From: Eledone cirrhosa
Lineage: Eukaryota
Direction: 5' to 3'
Assembly (NCBI GenBank): GCA_964016885.1
Contig: OZ024752.1
Coordinates: 49,104,001 to 49,168,000, forward strand
DNA: 64,000 nt
A program made the translations under genes and the position numbers. The notes below the pieces were generated by a model. It was given only the letters and a program-made list of their open reading frames with translations, was not told where the DNA came from and did no database searches. Position 1 is the first letter of the stretch, and each line of letters opens with the position of its first letter. This document shows positions 1 through 12,844 of the stretch, piece by piece.

Positions 1-1824
1 TTATTAATTTAAAGCATATTTCTTCCATCTTTTGCCAAAGTATTTCCATATTTCTTTTTTTTTCTTTTTTTTTTGAGAAATGTAAATAGAAAGGAAAGCT
101 ATGTGACTGACACATGGTATGTTTCCATTTCAGTATTAGTATGTATTGAGAAAAGACACCCTAATTAAATGCTTAGTAAAAGAAAATTAATAAATTAAAA
201 AAAAAAAAAAATCTTGTACTATTGTGAAATAGATGAAGAAAAGAGAGGTAGAAAAGTAAGGGAGGAAGGAATCATAAATAATTTATAGACTTATTTTGAT
301 TAGAAATTAGAAAAATCTGTTGCTAAAAACAACGTATATGGGAAACAAAAAAAATTGAAAAATGTAAAATTAATTTATGAATTTGAAAAAGCTATTCAGT
401 TCAGTGAGTGTGTGAGTGTGAGTGCGTGTTTGCGTTAGTGTGTGTGTGTTATGAAAATGAAATTTTAACTAGAAATGTGTGTTGTTGAGAGTATAAAGCA
501 ACGGTGAAAACAAGTGAAAATATAGTTTTTACTATTATTAGAATTAGAAATAATAATAATTTTGCAATTTCCAAAATTATACCATCTAAGAAGAATGATG
601 TTGATAATATTAGCTAGTCTCAGCTGTGTCAAGTTATATCTGTAATTAAAGCAATTTAATTCAGTTATTTGCCAGAAGATTCCAATCTAACAAATTTTAA
701 TCAGACAAAAAACAACATAAATTCTAGAGAGAAAAATATTAAAAGATCAGTGTCATTCATTTTCATTTTCATTTTAAAATATTGAATATTAAACTAATAA
801 GTAAGGTTATTTCTGTTTAAATGTTTAAATGTATTAAAAATAAAATAAACTATACAACGACAATGCTCCAGTATGGTCTCAGCTAACTAAATGGAACCAA
901 TGAAAGAGTAACAATCTATTTATAGATGTTAAACCTATCTTTATATTAGATAAGAAAGATATAATTCCCATTACCCAGCTGTAATGAATTAGGGATGTCA
1001 CTTCAGTTAAACTTATTATTAAATTATTTTAAATATAACCAAAATACTAACTAGAGATAATAGTTAAGGAATGTTAATATATATATAAAAGAAATAAGAT
1101 TTCACTTCAAGCATAGCTTTATACATATATATATATATTTTTTTTTTTTTTTTTGGACATGTTGAAATTTCATAATAAAATATTATTAACTTTACCATAG
1201 TACAAAGCAGTTATTATTAAAGTCTTTTATTATTTGAAATAATTAGCTAAAGAAAAAAAAAGAGGAATTTAATAAAAGAAATATACAAAAGAAATAGCAG
1301 TATTTTTCTTGCCTATAATAATAGCTAATACAGAATTATAGAAAACTGAATAATAATGGTTCTACTAATTCAAATAATATAATTGTAATTCCATTTTATG
1401 AAGGTTCAATAAGTAAAGGGGTTGGTTGTAAAGGATTAAAAGAAATATGTTCTACCCTCATCATTCCTTGTACCTTAAAAATTAAAATTTTCACATTAGA
1501 AAATTTTTGTTTTTATTATTAAATTTCAATTTTCAATTCTTTTCATTAGAATGGTTGTCTTTTAAAATTTCAAAGTTACAAGGAGAAGGGTTGAATGATG
1601 CGACTAAAAATGGAAGAAATTTTAATTGAAAGAAATCCGGTATCTAGATTAAAAGCATAAAAGATATTTATTTGCTTTTTTTGCTATTATTTTTTTTCTT
1701 TCTTCTCTTTGATTGTAAAATCCAGCAGATTGATTTACAATTTCTGGGGAAAATGCTTTATTAAAGATTAGTTAGCCCTATATGATTTGTATATGTGATC
1801 ATATATATACATTTTTTTTGTATT

Positions 1825-1877
1825 TATATATATATATATATATATGAGAGTGTGTGTATATATATATATATATATGA

Positions 1878-1911
<34 letters not shown>

Positions 1912-2150
1912 GAGTGTGTGTGTATATATATATGTGCGTGTGTGTGTATATATATATGTGCGTGTGTGTGTGTATATATATATATGTATATGTGTGCATA
2001 AATATGTATATGTGTGTATATATATATATGTATATGTGTGCATAAATATATATATGTATATATGTGTGTGTGCATAAATATATATATGTATGTATATGTA
2101 TAAATATTTATATATATATGTATCTATGTATATGTATAAATATTTATATA

Positions 2151-2196
<46 letters not shown>

Positions 2197-2238
2197 TATA
2201 TTATATTATATGTATGTATGTATACACACATGTATATA
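1825..2238. repeat. Compound (TA)n/(TG)n microsatellite
   Basis: Directly visible dinucleotide runs. Confidence 0.95.
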
Positions 2239-2715
2239 GCTATTTAAATTTTAATCTGTAGAAAATAATCTTGAGGTATTTAGAAGTGTAATGGTTTTCC
2301 TTTTTCTTTTATTTTCAATATTAACTGTGCTTATCAAGAAAAGATGAATTATCTATAATACCTTAGGAATCTAATGATGATTGTTACAGTGTCATTATTA
2401 GGCTAAAACCCTCACATACATCACACTACTTCAGTTTAATCTCACTTAATGCGGCAAAGGAAAAAAAAAAGAAGTGAAGTAAAATAGATGATTATTATTT
2501 AATATTTAATTGACCAAGCTTCATTAAAATCCCAAGTTACTTTCATGAGTGCTGTTAGTTTTCTGGCTACTGTTTTTTTTTTATTTTATTTGTCTTTTTT
2601 TTTTAAATTATGTTAGTATTTGGGGTGTGTATAAGTGTGTGTCCATATATATATATATATATAAAATCTTTACAAGAATATATATATATTATTATATATA
2701 TAAAATCTTTACAAG

Positions 2716-2751
<36 letters not shown>

Positions 2752-2978
2752 AGAATATATATTTTTTATATATATATATTTATTCTTATACAGTTTTAAT
2801 TCTCTTAAAATACCTCTATTTGTCTGTGATGCTAAGTCTTAGAAAGTAAATCAAATATTTATTGAGAATGAAGTGGGCTTAATTTACTGAATAGGTAGAA
2901 TGTATGTTCACCACAAACTAATGACTTGCATTCCTAGAAGAAAAAATACATCCAAGTTTCATAAGAATCAAGTAATAC

Positions 2979-3236
2979 TTAAACCTTTTGACACCATTCT
3001 GCCTGAAACTGCCCCTGGTTCTACAATCTTAAGCTGTTTATTCTAAAGTGATTATATTCATCTAAAATCCTTCCATTATAGTTTTATGTAAAAATATTTT
3101 CTTATGCTCCAAACAGCAACTCAGTAATGAGAAAATTAGTTGTATTACTAAATTCCTTCAAATTTGATTACTTTCAAAATAAGTTGAAAATTATATGCAA
3201 TGTCGTTCATTAGAAATATGGTAATGAAAGGGTCTA
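2979..3236 (+). mobile_element. TTAA piggyBac-type MITE, family 2, degraded
   Basis: Starts ttaaaccttttgacacc and ends ggtaatgaaaggg. Homologous to copies at 5298, 6088, 50061 (reverse) and 50690. Confidence 0.65.
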
Positions 3237-3312
3237 CATATGGATTCCAACCAAAAATTGATGTTTCTGGACGAAATGTTGACTAAGTAAGGTAAATCAT
3301 TAGATATGACCA

Positions 3313-3460
3313 TAACCATTTAAACTGGCCATATCTGGCCAGAATTCTCTATCTTTCTGTTCAAACTGGCTGTAACCAGCTACGCATACTTATGTTAAGG
3401 TATTGTTCTCAAAATAAATAATATCAAAACCTCATAGATTCTCTATTATGTGAGATAAAG
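3313..3460 (+). mobile_element. Partial copy of piggyBac-type MITE family 1
   Basis: catttaaactggccatatctggccagaattc...tgtgagataaag aligns to the full copies at 32518 and 45367. Confidence 0.7.
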
Positions 3461-3749
3461 TGTCTTCCTCAAGGACACAATGCATCACCCTGTCTGAGAA
3501 TTGAACTCATAACCTCACAATTGCAAGCCCAACGCTCTAAACAATAAGCCATATGCCTTCACACCATACATGCACACACATTCATGCTGAATATCCCTGA
3601 GGATTACATTAAAGTTTCATGTGTCTGTATAATGCTCAGCAACTGACATGCTAATTTCACAAGCTGACTCTCCTAATGATCAAACAACTGGAACACTTTT
3701 CATCAGAAATGATGAGGTGGAATATATATATATATATAGTAATAATAAT

Positions 3750-3939
3750 TGTTTCTACTTTTGGCACAAGGCCACCAATTACCCCAGTGTATTACTGGTA
3801 CTTTATTTTATCGACCCCCGTAAAGGATGAAAGGCAAAGTTAACCTCGGCGGGATTTGAACTCAGAATGGCAAGGGCCGTAACTCTACGCATCAAAGCAT
3901 GGCATCCGACCCTCTACCGATACTGCCAATCCACGCTCC
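3750..3939 (-). mobile_element. Full-length young tRNA-derived SINE (family A, short-tail form) with 18-bp TSD
   Basis: B-box-like gagttcaaatccc, central aactttgcctttcatcctt...gtcgataaaataaagtacc, (ATT) tail. TSD atatatagtaataataat at 3732-3749 and 3940-3957. Confidence 0.9.
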
Positions 3940-4170
3940 ATATATAGTAATAATAATAAATGTGAAGACTAAAATCCAAAGAGGACTCGATAAAGATAAA
4001 TATATATCAAATATATAAAAACCATAAAGCAAAAATTTATTAAAATAACAGATTAAATTTTAAGCAAAGAATCACTACTTTCACCCTTAACGGGAGTTTC
4101 AGAAGATCCTGTTAAAGGTGAATGCAGTGATTCTTTGCTTAAACTTTAATCTGTTATTTTAATAAATAAA
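3940..4170. mobile_element. (TA)n-embedded fold-back repeat, probable Penelope-like pLTR remnant
   Basis: 61-bp inverted arms over 4035-4167. A second copy of the family lies at 38047-38291. Confidence 0.55.
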
Positions 4171-5297
4171 TATATATATATATTGTTATACTTGGGGAGG
4201 GTCATATTGTAATAATATTGCCAGAAATAATAACAGAACACACTCACTGTTTGGTTGGTTTTTGCTTCCGTATCTTTTATATCTCCATAGTTAATTTATT
4301 TGGCAATCAATGTTTATCATTGATTGACCAACGGTTAAAAATACAGATATAAATATATAGTCTATCAAAATTCTTTCGTTGCACATCATCAGTGGTGCTA
4401 TTATTAGGATAGGCTTCTACATATCAACCAAATTTCACTCACAAAACATTGGTCAGCCCCAAGGCTATAATAGAAAACAATTGCTCAAGATGCTATACAC
4501 TCACTCACAATTCCAATAATGTCTTCCCCTACCTCCTCTAAACTTTTACTTTATTTATCATCTTTGAAAAAAAATAAACAATCAAAAATAGATGACCTCT
4601 GCATGATTTGAAATTAGAGCATGACAGAGATTTGAAACAAAGACCATGAAACAAAGCATTCCTCTGTCCTAACCTACCAGATTGTCATCAAGTCAGACTT
4701 TCTTAAATATTAATACAATGGTGAAATGCCAAATAGATCTTACACTGTGTTATATGTTGTTTTTAGAGTTTCTTTACAGGGATAAATCTTTTGTTCTGTT
4801 AATGTTTCCATTTCAGCATTTTCTGATGGTTCTGTTTTGTTATTTAATATTGGTAAAGCTGGCTTTCCTTTCATTTGTTTTACACTTTCCAAATTGGAAT
4901 TCTTTGCCTTCAGCCACAGTTTTTCTTAAAACACAGACGTTGTTGTTGTGTGCATCTACGCATTGTTCCTTGGTTGCATTCTTTCAACTTTATCTTAGTA
5001 AAATCTAACTTTGCAGTTTTGTCATCGCTTCATAGTTAGTTTTCTAGTTTGAAATGATGGTTTATATTTTTGAATTTTTTCTATCTTTGATGGACTTTAT
5101 ATTCTTTTAGAATTTAAAGAAAACTTTCACTTCAGGCTTTTTATACTTACGTTGTTCATGTTTTTTCCATATTTCTTAATGTTTGTCAAGAATGATGATG
5201 GGTGTGATTTTGAAAACATGGACCAGATTTTTTAGGATATAAAGTGGCTTCTATTTTTGTCTAAACAGATTTTTCTACCATTCCTAGGATATCAGTG

Positions 5298-5582
5298 TTA
5301 ACCTTTTTGATACCAAAGAACCTCTAGTTTATCATCATCACCATTTTACATCTATTTTCAATGCTTGCATAGGTTGAATCCTATAATACAAAGTGTTTGT
5401 TTTAAAGTGTTTAAAACTGATTTTTTTTTAAATCAATAATTTCATGTAAGACCCTTGATTGTTATGCATTAAGTACTAGTTTAAAATAGTTAAATTACAA
5501 ACTATTTCCAAGTTCTTGAGTTTTTCAATTTTTGTTTTAAATGAGAGAGAGTATTTCATTAGAATTATGGTAACTAAAGAGC
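5298..5582 (+). mobile_element. piggyBac-type MITE family 2, degraded
   Basis: ttaacctttttgatacc start; homology to the 2979 copy. Confidence 0.55.
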
Positions 5583-5658
5583 GCTGGGAATCATTTCCCA
5601 ATGATGAAATTTGTTTGAAGTTGACAAACAACCGAGCTCAGAATGAATTTCAAATTTA

Positions 5659-5804
5659 CCCCTTTTGCTACACATACTGATGTTAAGGTATTGTTCTCAA
5701 AATAAATGATATCAAAATCTCATTGCTTCGATATTGTGTGAGGTAAAGCCTTTACCGTGTAAATACAATAGAATCTATAGAGTAATGTAAATGCTAAAGG
5801 GTTA
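5659..5804 (+). mobile_element. Internally deleted piggyBac-type MITE family 1
   Basis: Right end aatgtaaatgctaaagggtta and internal catactgatgttaaggtattgttctcaaaataaat. Confidence 0.7.
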
Positions 5805-6087
5805 TGTAAGCCACAGCAGGATTTGAACTCAGAATGCAAAGAACCTGAACAGATTCTACAATGCATCACATCCAACATCATAATTCTACTTATCCACCAC
5901 CACTTTCATTTTATTGATTCTAAAGTGATGGAAGGCAAAGTTTAGTTCAGTGGGATTTGAACTCAAAATGTAAAAAGCCGAAACAAATACACTATTGTGG
6001 CTCTCCTAATATAATATTCAAATCATAGCATTTAAAGAGTTCTACTTCCAATCTTACAGAAAACAATTACTATAGGAATTTTCAAAT

Positions 6088-6347
6088 TGAACCCTTTTGA
6101 TACCAAACTGCCTGAAATCTTCACTGGTTCTATGATATAAAGCTGTTTATTTTAAGGTGTTTATATTTATCTAAAACATTTCCATCATAATTTTATGTAA
6201 GAACCTTTGTTATGTTATGCTCCAAACACTAGTTTAATATTGAGAAAGCTAGTTATATTACTAATTCCCTCAAACATTTCCATTCTTAAGATGGTGTTTG
6301 GAGAAGAACTTAAAGATTCTTACATTAAATTATGATGAAAGGTGTTT
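6088..6347 (+). mobile_element. MITE family 2 fragment followed by an inverted partial copy
   Basis: acccttttgataccaaactgcctg start. About 6286-6347 is the reverse complement of about 6175-6238. Confidence 0.55.
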
Positions 6348-7412
6348 CTTTTTTTTTAAATAAACATTGACAAGAATAAAAATGTTTTGTAATTTACCAA
6401 AAGAAATGGAAGTTCTACATAATCATCTTGTGAATATCCCTTTGGGTTTGATGCAGGCCACTTGCTGAGAAGCTTAAAAGCAGAATACAAAAGTAATTTA
6501 GCAATTACTTCCTCCAGGGTAATTCAACTGAAGTAGCCAATATGTTATCTACTTGTTTTAAGTTGTTCCACTTACAAACAGGAACGACTCCATTACACAT
6601 GCTAAGAAAGATGTATACAAGTTTTTTCTTTCTTCTTCAGCATCTTTGCAATTCTTGAACAAGCAAGAAAATAAAATCTCAACTACAAAGTAAGATTGAT
6701 CCAATTTGTTTTTTTTCTCTTTAATTTCATCTCATAGATTAAGGCAAGGTTTGCCGTCTGTGATATTTAAATTGTTTGATGTAAGTCACATACTGTTAAT
6801 AGCAGTTTGGTTTCTAAACTTCAATCTTCAGTACCTCTGTATAGATCTGGGTTAGAATAGATCTTAATACTTTAATAACATTATAAATAACATTTCAAAT
6901 CGTTTGTAATTCTTTCAGAATGAAAATATAAACGGAGCATATAAATAAATTTACAGTAGAATAACATAACAAATATGTTTTAAATATATACATAAATAAT
7001 ATTACAAATGCTTAGATAACATTATAAATTGCTCGCAATTCTTTCAGAGAGATATATTGTTTTAATGTTACAATATTAAAGAAAATGTAAAGGAAGGGGT
7101 GACCAACCGAGCCAACACCAGAGCAAAAGACGGCAGTACTGAGCAAGAGGTTGCCCAGTACCCCTCGCTGCTGTCTTAGAATAGGTACACTATATTCTTG
7201 CATGTCGTGACTAAAAGGGAATGGTGTTAAGAAGAGCATCTGACTGTAAACCATTACTTCCAAAAGAGCTGATCCTATGATGAGAATGAAGTCTTTTAAG
7301 ACATTAGAGCATTACACAGATGTTAAAGTCTTTTTTTCTTCTTTTTTGGGGGGTGGGTGGGGTGGTGGTGGTGGTGGTGGTTGTTTTATCTGATAGTGTT
7401 AGATATAAGGTT

Positions 7413-7552
7413 CAGGACACAGCATGACAAAATGGTTAAGAAGTTTATTTTGCAATCATGAGGGTTCCAGGTTTGTTCCTATTATGTGGCATCCTGGGTA
7501 CATGTCTCTTACCATAACCTTGAGTCAACCCAAGCTGGGTAGATAAAAACTG
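7413..7552 (+). mobile_element. Old tRNA-derived SINE family D (possibly octopus OR/CORE-type)
   Basis: gcatgac..atggttaagaagttt...ggcatcctggg...gtagataaaaactga. Related copies near 4410, 13065, 14000, 35550, 44535 and 56505. Confidence 0.6.
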
Positions 7553-7608
7553 ATCAATAAATTTTGTAATGTAACACCTCCACTTTGTTCTCGTATATAT
7601 ATATTATA

Positions 7609-7782
7609 CAGGTAAAATTCTGTCATAACAAATACAATTATAACAAATTTTTCAGTATAACAAAATGTTTATCAATCCCCGGCCACACGCCCGATGTGTT
7701 CAGTCGATCTCGTTGTAAAGAATTTTTCTTTACAACAAATTTTTTTCTATACTCTGTGAATTTCGTTATAATGGAATGACAC

Positions 7783-7784
<2 letters not shown>
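7609..7784. mobile_element. Tc1/pogo-like MITE
   Basis: ta|CAGgtaaaattctgtcataacaaa ... tttcgttataatggaatgacaCTG, imperfect TIRs with repeated ATAAC(A/G)AA motifs. Confidence 0.45.
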
Positions 7785-7814
<30 letters not shown>

Positions 7815-8044
7815 AAAGATGAATAAAAAATGAAAGTGCTTTTATAAAAGGATTTATTGGGTATTGACATATGTTTCTGTAACAGACGGAATACTTATGT
7901 ATCGCTGCTTGCGTAATCATATAATGTTAGCAAGTATTCGATAGCAAATGTAAAATCATTTGTATATATATATATATATATCAAATATATATATATATAT
8001 AATATAAACATTTTTTCCAATTCCAACCCACCCGTCCCCTCAAT

Positions 8045-8073
8045 CTGATGAAGGACTAGCGTCAGAAACGTTA
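8045..8073 (+). ncRNA. Degenerate minimal hammerhead-ribozyme-like core
   Basis: CTGATGA-a-GGAC tagc GTCA-GAAA-CGTTA. Both conserved boxes and a stem II are present, but the stem II closing pair and stem I are imperfect. Confidence 0.4.
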
Positions 8074-8124
8074 AGACCCTCTTCCTGCTATTTCAAGCGT
8101 TAACTTAATATATTCCTTCTATGA

Positions 8125-8370
8125 TGTGTTGTTTCCTTGAGCAAGACACTTTATTTCACATTGCTCCAGTTTACTCAGCTGTAGAAATGAGATGATAGGG
8201 ACTGGGGTCCATATCATTCCACTGCAAAAAACCACCCAGCACTCACTGTAAATGAGGTTGGTGTTAGGAAGGGCATCCAGCTGTAGAAATCAAGCCAGAA
8301 TCAGTTCCCGTCCCACCCTTGCAAGCAGGGAAAAAGCGGACGTAAAATGAAATGAATGAATGAAATGAAA
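8125..8370 (+). mobile_element. SINE body and tail with RTE-type 3' end
   Basis: gtccttgagcaagacact-like core, ggtgttaggaagggcatccagctgtag, 3' end gcggacgtaaaatgaaatgaatgaatg. Confidence 0.65.
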
Positions 8371-8404
8371 TACTGTACCGATTGTGTTATTTCTGTTTAC
8401 CTTT

Positions 8405-8601
<197 letters not shown>

Positions 8602-8710
8602 AAGTTGGAAATAGCACGGAAGATATATTTTAGGGTCTGTTTTTCTTTATATATATATATATCGTTTCTGAATTTGTGTAGCAAGATTCTTTATCTGAAA
8701 ACGTGTGTTG

Positions 8711-8750
<40 letters not shown>

Positions 8751-9065
8751 ACACATATTCATCCATATGAAATTTCCTTAGAAGAGCACTTGCTTGACTA
8801 GATTTAGTGCACTTCAAGCTTTAAATGTACATCATATACAATGTATCTTACGAGTAAAAGGTTTCCAGTATTCAATATATAATGTCATCCATTGTTACAT
8901 AACAATGATATTGTCATATAAAATATTCATGTTTCATCACAATTATTTGATATGCAACAATATTTCTTTACCTATGTTATCTATTTTATAGCTTCAATGT
9001 ATTTGCAATGAATCTAGTTAAGCCTAGCAGTAGTAATTCTTTATTTGCCTTTTATTCTTTCCTGC

Positions 9066-9329
9066 ACATACACACATATATATATATACACATATATATG
9101 TATACATATATATATATATACATATATACATACATATACAGATTCATACAGACATATATACATATATAAACATGTATATATATATACATACATAAACATA
9201 TATACATACATAAGCCTATATATATATAAATTAATATACATATATATACATACATAAACATACATAAACATATATACATATACATACATAAACATATATA
9301 CATATATATACATAAACATTTATATATAC

Positions 9330-9360
<31 letters not shown>

Positions 9361-9748
9361 AACATATACATACATATATACATACATAAACATATATATA
9401 TACATATATATACATACATAAACATATATATACATATATATACATACATAAACATATATATATATATATACATATATATACATACATAAACATATATATA
9501 TATATACATATATATACATACACATATATATATATATACATACACATTTACATATATATATACATATATATATCATCATCATCATTTTACGTCCGCTTTT
9601 CCCTGCTTGCATATATATACATATATATACATACATATATATATATACATACATATATATATATACATATACATACACATATATACATATATATACACAC
9701 ACATACATACATACATACATACACACATACATACATACATACATACAT

Positions 9749-9792
<44 letters not shown>
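9066..9792. repeat. Compound (TA)n/(TACA)n microsatellite with a 38-bp retroposon 3' stub at 9573-9610
   Basis: Directly visible; stub is catcatcatcattttacgtccgcttttccctgcttgc. Confidence 0.9.
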
Positions 9793-9794
<2 letters not shown>

Positions 9795-11372
9795 TCTTTA
9801 CATAAGTTGCACATAAAATTTTCTGCTCACATTGTCATTCTTTCTAGCTTCGCACTTATAAGATCTATGAGCCAATTTAGGTATATTCTTTACTTTTCAA
9901 GAAACCATAGAAATAGAAATAACCTCTTGACAGAATTTTCTCAATAATCAGCATTTGTAGAGATTCTATTACACAATGTTTAAATATCAAACCATTTTTA
10001 CTAGAAGTTCCTGTTCTCTTACACAATATAATACAATGAGTTTTGCTTATCCATTTAATGTATTTTGATATTAGCTATTAGTTTGATATTATTTATTATC
10101 AGCAGATACTTCATTACTATTATCATTTTTCTTTATTTTAAGTTACAGCATCAATTTACAATAGTAATAATATAATGATATTATATATTTAAAAATGTTA
10201 AACACTTCCACCAACACTGCCACCCGTTAAAACAAAAATTCTTCAAAATAAAACAAACATACACTTGTATAACTTCCAAAATAAAATATCAATATTAGAT
10301 AGGCAGCATGTGAATTCTGTTATTTCTACTTATATTTATCTTTCACATAAATGTATTTAGATATCTATACATGGATTAAATAATGGTATTCATTCCCAAC
10401 CTCATACAAATGATATGATGTTTGTTTAGTTGATTCACTCAAAAGAAGCCAAGATTCAAAGATATATTTCTCGATACAGAATGAAGAATATTAAAACAAT
10501 GCCAATAATGTAATTCCCAATTGCTTAAGTTTTGCAAGAAACCTTGAAGAATGCTGTAAGAAGTCTGAATGAAAAATGCTGAAAGATGCTAAATAATATG
10601 AGATTTATTTAATAGGAGAGATTCACATAAAATATATCTACAGATAATATATATGTAGTAAATTAAATAACAAAAAATAGTTCCAAGTTAATGTAGGAAT
10701 ATAAATAAATGAATAAGAATTTTAGAAATGATATTTTAAAATTTCAACTAGGTATTTTTAGTTTGTAAATTATGAAAGCAGTCATTTCAAACAATATTTG
10801 AGTTCATACACATCATCGGTGTATAGAGTTTTAACATTTTCTGGATTAATTTAAATCTATATTGAAATTAACAAAAATGTCCCCGAAGAAATGCAATCAC
10901 AAACCAAGTTATTTCAAAATATAGAAACATAAAAAAAAGAACTAGTACAAGGAAGCTGCATAAAAAAAAAAAAACAGATTTCATCAATAATGTTTTAAGT
11001 TGCTATACTAGGGTCTCATAAGAGTTCTAAAGTAACAAATAGGAAATTTAACCATGTATTCTATTGATCAACAGCATAATCAATCCAGTCAAAGAATAAG
11101 ATGTGTTTTATTTATTAATTCATTCACTCACTTTCTTAGTTTTAAGTGAAATACAAAACCTTTAATATAGAAATAATGAAATGCAGGAAATTAACAAAAT
11201 GGATATATAAATAAAAGTACTAACAACAACAACAGCAAAAATGAAAAAAAAAAATGAAATAAGGAAAGAAAAAAAATTAAAATTACTCACTAAATCCCAA
11301 ATGATGGGATTCAAAAATAATCTATTCTAGCTTCAGATAATATTAACAAGAATTTAAAAAATAAAAAGAAGA

Positions 11373-11374
<2 letters not shown>

Positions 11375-11423
<49 letters not shown>
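11375..11423. repeat. (AAT)n microsatellite
   Basis: Directly visible. Confidence 0.95.
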
Positions 11424-11424
<1 letters not shown>

Positions 11425-11754
11425 CATTAAAAAGATAATAATAATATAAATAAAAGAGAAACAAGTATGTAACCCAAAGTGATATATCACTCAAAATTTG
11501 CAACAGATATTTATGAAATATCAAGCTGCTGCTGTTGTTGCTGTTATTGTTGTTGTTGCTATTCTAACTCCCTGAAGTTCCAATCATTTCATCTTATATA
11601 TCACATTTTGTTGTTGCTTTTCTCTGTTCTATGTCTTGTCTTGGGTAAGATTCTGTATAGACATTATAGGGAGATTAATTTTGAAAATAATAAGATGTGG
11701 AAATATATCCTGAATGATTGCTATTCCATTGGAATATCATATACAAATAATTGC

Positions 11755-11834
<80 letters not shown>

Positions 11835-12604
11835 GCATACATACACACACATATCCATCCTCATATATACCTATATAATCTAGACACACATAAAACAAAG
11901 TACTCTCTGCCATTATAATTTATATAATATTATTTAGCATTGTCATGTTATTGAAGACTGCTTCTTTGGATTCCATTGTACCTCATTAATAACGATAACA
12001 TATTTTAATCCCCCTTTAATTGCAGATTAGATCCAGAGTTACAAAAAAAAAATAAATGAAGAGAAAATACAACAAAATGGGTTTCTGTGAAGACTGTCTG
12101 CTCTTCAGATCTTCTTTCAGTTGCTTACTACTGATATGTAAATATTTCAACCTAGCAACTATTTAAATGAACTAATACTTCCTTGTTTGTTTGTTCTTTT
12201 TCTCATTTCCAAATACTTATGAGGCATAGGAAGCAGTCTTTGTTTCTTTCTTTTTTTTTTTTTTTATTTAGTTTCAGGATGAATACTACAGATGGACCTG
12301 TAACTCCTGGTGGAATCATAGGTATGTGGTCATGACATACAGTGTGTCTTGGCCATTTTAGACCTGATGTGGAGCCTATCCTGGACATGAGCCAGGTTTG
12401 AATATAGCTGATTTCTTCAAGAGAAGGAGTGAAATAGAGAGGGGGGGAGAATTAACCCCAGTTCTAGACTAGATTGACTTTTCTATTGACCTCAGTGGGA
12501 TTTGAACTCAAAGCACGAAGTATTCTTTCCAAGATTCTAATGACTTTGCCAACTCGTCACCTAAATATGCAGATAGTTTCACTAAATATCATCATCATCA
12601 TCAC

Positions 12605-12844
12605 AGCTTTTGGCAAAACTTGATGCATTCGGTCAATTTGCATGAAAACAAAAATTGGACAAGTGCACACTATGTGTCTGTACTCTAGGCATAACAGCCA
12701 GGACCTGATGCGGCCTACTGGTGTGAATATTTTCACACATGCACAAGAAGGGTGTGGTCATCTCCCACCCAAAGGATTTTGCCCATGTGGCATTAGTTTT
12801 GGAGGGAAATATTAAAGTCAGATACTTTTTGAACACACCTCGTA
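12605..12844 (-). mobile_element. Mariner-like element end (one TIR, truncated)
   Basis: Minus strand TA|CGAGGTGTGTTCAAAAAGTATCTGAC resembles mariner TIRs; other end not seen. Confidence 0.55.

Noticed and set aside
4740-4930. Minus-strand open stretch EKLWLKAKNSNLESVKQMKGKPALPILNNK...
   Set aside because: No recognisable homology, weak splice signals and no similarity to FUZ
7347-7382. Potential G-quadruplex
   Set aside because: Simple (GGT)n/polyG microsatellite with no functional context
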